This document shows, one piece after another, positions 48,139 through 49,887 of a stretch of DNA of 49,887 nt. Below the pieces are notes generated by a model. The model saw only the letters and a list, made by a program, of their open reading frames with translations, did not search any database and was not told where the DNA came from. The position numbers and the translations under genes are program-made. This DNA comes from a bacterium (GTDB lineage: Bacteria > Patescibacteriota > Minisyncoccia > UBA6257 > JAGOQP01): the NCBI GenBank assembly GCA_021844025.1, contig JAKBUF010000003.1, positions 1 through 49,887 of the forward strand, given 5' to 3'. Every line of letters begins with the position of its first letter. Within the stretch, counting starts at the first letter, position 1.

Positions 48139-48522
48139 TTATGGCAGCCGCAATACCAGCGGAATGCCCGTTGCGACCATTCCTATGAATAGGAATAGTA
48201 ACGCATATGCCCACATCCCGTGGAACGGACTTTTTTCTCCTGTTAACCATAAATTAATAATGATTACTAAAAAGAAAAAAGGGATCGCAAACAACAAATG
48301 GACAAAAAATAAACCGTCCAAATGCTGTAATTCTTTTCTGGTGTGTACCCCTATTTCTATCACCCCGACCAATATCAAGGTAATAATCAGAAGCATTCGT
48401 GCTCCCCACTTGTGGGCGGTTGGCGAAGGAAGAGACCGAGTCGCCTTTCTTCCAGAAAAAATTAAAAATCCCATAGTTATTACCATGAGACTTAGTAGTG
48501 TAAAGATTATTATTTTATCCAT
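48139..48522 (-). CDS. hypothetical membrane protein (DUF420-like)
   Basis: 4 TM segments with His-containing motifs HKW, FVHL, FHG; ATG at 48522 with AAGGA SD; terminator at ~48109-48133. Confidence 0.65.
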   Translation of the reverse strand: MDKIIIFTLLSLMVITMGFLIFSGRKATRSLPSPTAHKWGARMLLIITLILVGVIEIGVHTRKELQHLDGLFFVHLLFAIPFFFLVIIINLWLTGEKSPFHGMWAYALLFLFIGMVATGIPLVLRLP

Positions 48523-48699
48523 TCTATTTTTTCCTTTTATTATTTTGTTTAATTTTCTAGAGAGCACTATATATGGTTTTTTTACGACTGTCAAAACATA
48601 CTTGACACGTGTGCTATAGTGATAATAGACATCACTCTTTATATATACGCACCACAAATCTTTGTGGTGCGGTTGGTGATGTCATGTGTTCTTTATTTA

Positions 48700-48792
48700 A
48701 GAAAGGAGGTGAATGATATGCGACGTCAATGGATGATTCCTGCGGTAGCTCATTGTGATAGTGGGTGTTCTCGTTGCCCTGTTCTCTTATGA
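48700..48792 (+). pseudogene. strong RBS plus frameshifted/truncated signal-peptide remnant
   Basis: AGAAAGGAGGTGA SD, ATG at 48718 encoding MRRQWMIPAV; a +1 shift continues LIVIVGVLVALFS; collides with the 3' end of the PAP2 gene. Confidence 0.4.
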
Positions 48793-49434
48793 GGATGGGG
48801 CTTTTTTAAATGCTTTTCCAACTACTATTCCGATTATGGTGCCAAATATAATGCCGGCAATAAATTCAGAAAACCAATGAATACTGGTAGATACTCCGAT
48901 CCCAATGTAAAGCGCATAGAGCGGAGCAAGATACCGAATTGCTTTTGAGTGTGGGTACAGAGTTACCAGCGAAAACGCCATAGCAAACGCAACGGTGGTG
49001 TGAGACGAGGGCCATCCCCAAAACATACCATGTTTTAAAATGCCAAAATTAAATTGATGACTTATATCTATTGTTGTTTCGTGGGGTGGCTGTATTCTTC
49101 CGGTGAACGCTTTATAAAAAGACGAAACCATAAGCCCCATAAGAGCGGCTTGGCCGAGTGCCCATCCGGTGTTTATTATTCTTTTACTCTTTTTAATTAG
49201 TCCAATTCCAAAGAGTACTATGGGTGCTATGATGGGCATTTGTCCGCCAACAATGACTGCGGTAAAGAATGGGGTACTCCTCCCCACGGCATATACGTGT
49301 GTGAAATACCACCAATCAAATCCCGAGAGTACAATTCCGGCAGTAAGTACCATTGCTACTCCTTGCCACAACAAATTATAACCTTTGAACAATCGCGCAA
49401 TGTTTTTGGGTATGGTGGTAAAAAATGTCTTCAT
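48787..49434 (-). CDS. PAP2 family phosphatase
   Basis: KAFTGRIQP, WPSSHT, IHWFSE. Confidence 0.85.
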   Translation of the reverse strand: MKTFFTTIPKNIARLFKGYNLLWQGVAMVLTAGIVLSGFDWWYFTHVYAVGRSTPFFTAVIVGGQMPIIAPIVLFGIGLIKKSKRIINTGWALGQAALMGLMVSSFYKAFTGRIQPPHETTIDISHQFNFGILKHGMFWGWPSSHTTVAFAMAFSLVTLYPHSKAIRYLAPLYALYIGIGVSTSIHWFSEFIAGIIFGTIIGIVVGKAFKKAPSS

Positions 49435-49435
49435 T

Positions 49436-49887
49436 CTAATTTAATAATTTTAATAATTCTTCGGCTTTTTCTTGAGTATCTAGATCAATAAGATGTCCTT
49501 TTAAATCAACATACCCGATTCTATGCCCGTCTTTTACTAATTGTGAAAATATGTCGGTCATTTTCTCTATGTGGTCCAACCCCTCTATTGCCAGAGGATT
49601 TAGAATACTAAATACGCCGCAAGTAAAATAGTCACCAACCTCTTCTTTTGATATTCTTGTGACTATTTCTCCTTCTGTTTTTACGTTGTAATCTCCCACT
49701 TGATATTTGCTCACGCCTATAATTCCATCATATGGGTTAGTAGACAGTAACCCCTTTAATCTTTTCACAAAATTTACTAGTGAATTTTGTGAAAAATAAA
49801 TATCTCCGAAAATATATATACAGGGAATATATTTTTTAAAATTGAAAAATAAGTTACCCAATCCGGAAATATTTGTTCTATCTATCT
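49436..49887 (-). CDS. sugar-phosphate nucleotidyltransferase-like protein, 3' part (5' end beyond the window)
   Basis: Frame open to the window edge; IFGDIYF, CGVFSIL, IDLDT motifs. Confidence 0.6.
   Translation of the reverse strand, partial: IDRTNISGLGNLFFNFKKYIPCIYIFGDIYFSQNSLVNFVKRLKGLLSTNPYDGIIGVSKYQVGDYNVKTEGEIVTRISKEEVGDYFTCGVFSILNPLAIEGLDHIEKMTDIFSQLVKDGHRIGYVDLKGHLIDLDTQEKAEELLKLLN

Noticed and set aside
48164-48619. 151-aa plus-strand ORF
   Set aside because: Antisense shadow of the hydrophobic minus-strand gene, which has its own SD, promoter and terminator

Overview
A core-genome segment of an AT-rich bacterium that looks like Patescibacteria/CPR (Parcubacteria-like). This is inferred from the missing rpmD, SD-poor starts and the baseplate-J-like and VirD4-like genes. 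Contents in order: a possible IS transposase end, RNase P RNA (rnpB) carrying an unusual AT-rich insertion, the alpha cluster (infA-rpmJ-rpsM-rpsK-rpsD-rpoA-rplQ) placed upstream of tuf-rpsJ, the S10/spc genes to secY-adk-map, then greA, lysS, serS, tyrS, ychF, gltX, rpmA, rplI, a CtpA protease, def/fmt, nth, an AlkD-like gene and several single-gene accessory cassettes. The most striking signals are non-coding. (1) A ~130-bp element occurs three times, each copy placed exactly at a start codon (serS, an unknown gene, rpmA) as (T/C)ATG-CCCAGTAAC...GTT(A)ACTGGG-TATG. It has covarying inverted arms and a conserved short uORF. (2) Families of ~7-nt-periodic complementary repeat arms join stop codons to the next start codon, or bracket whole genes, and one family member sits inside the RNase P RNA.
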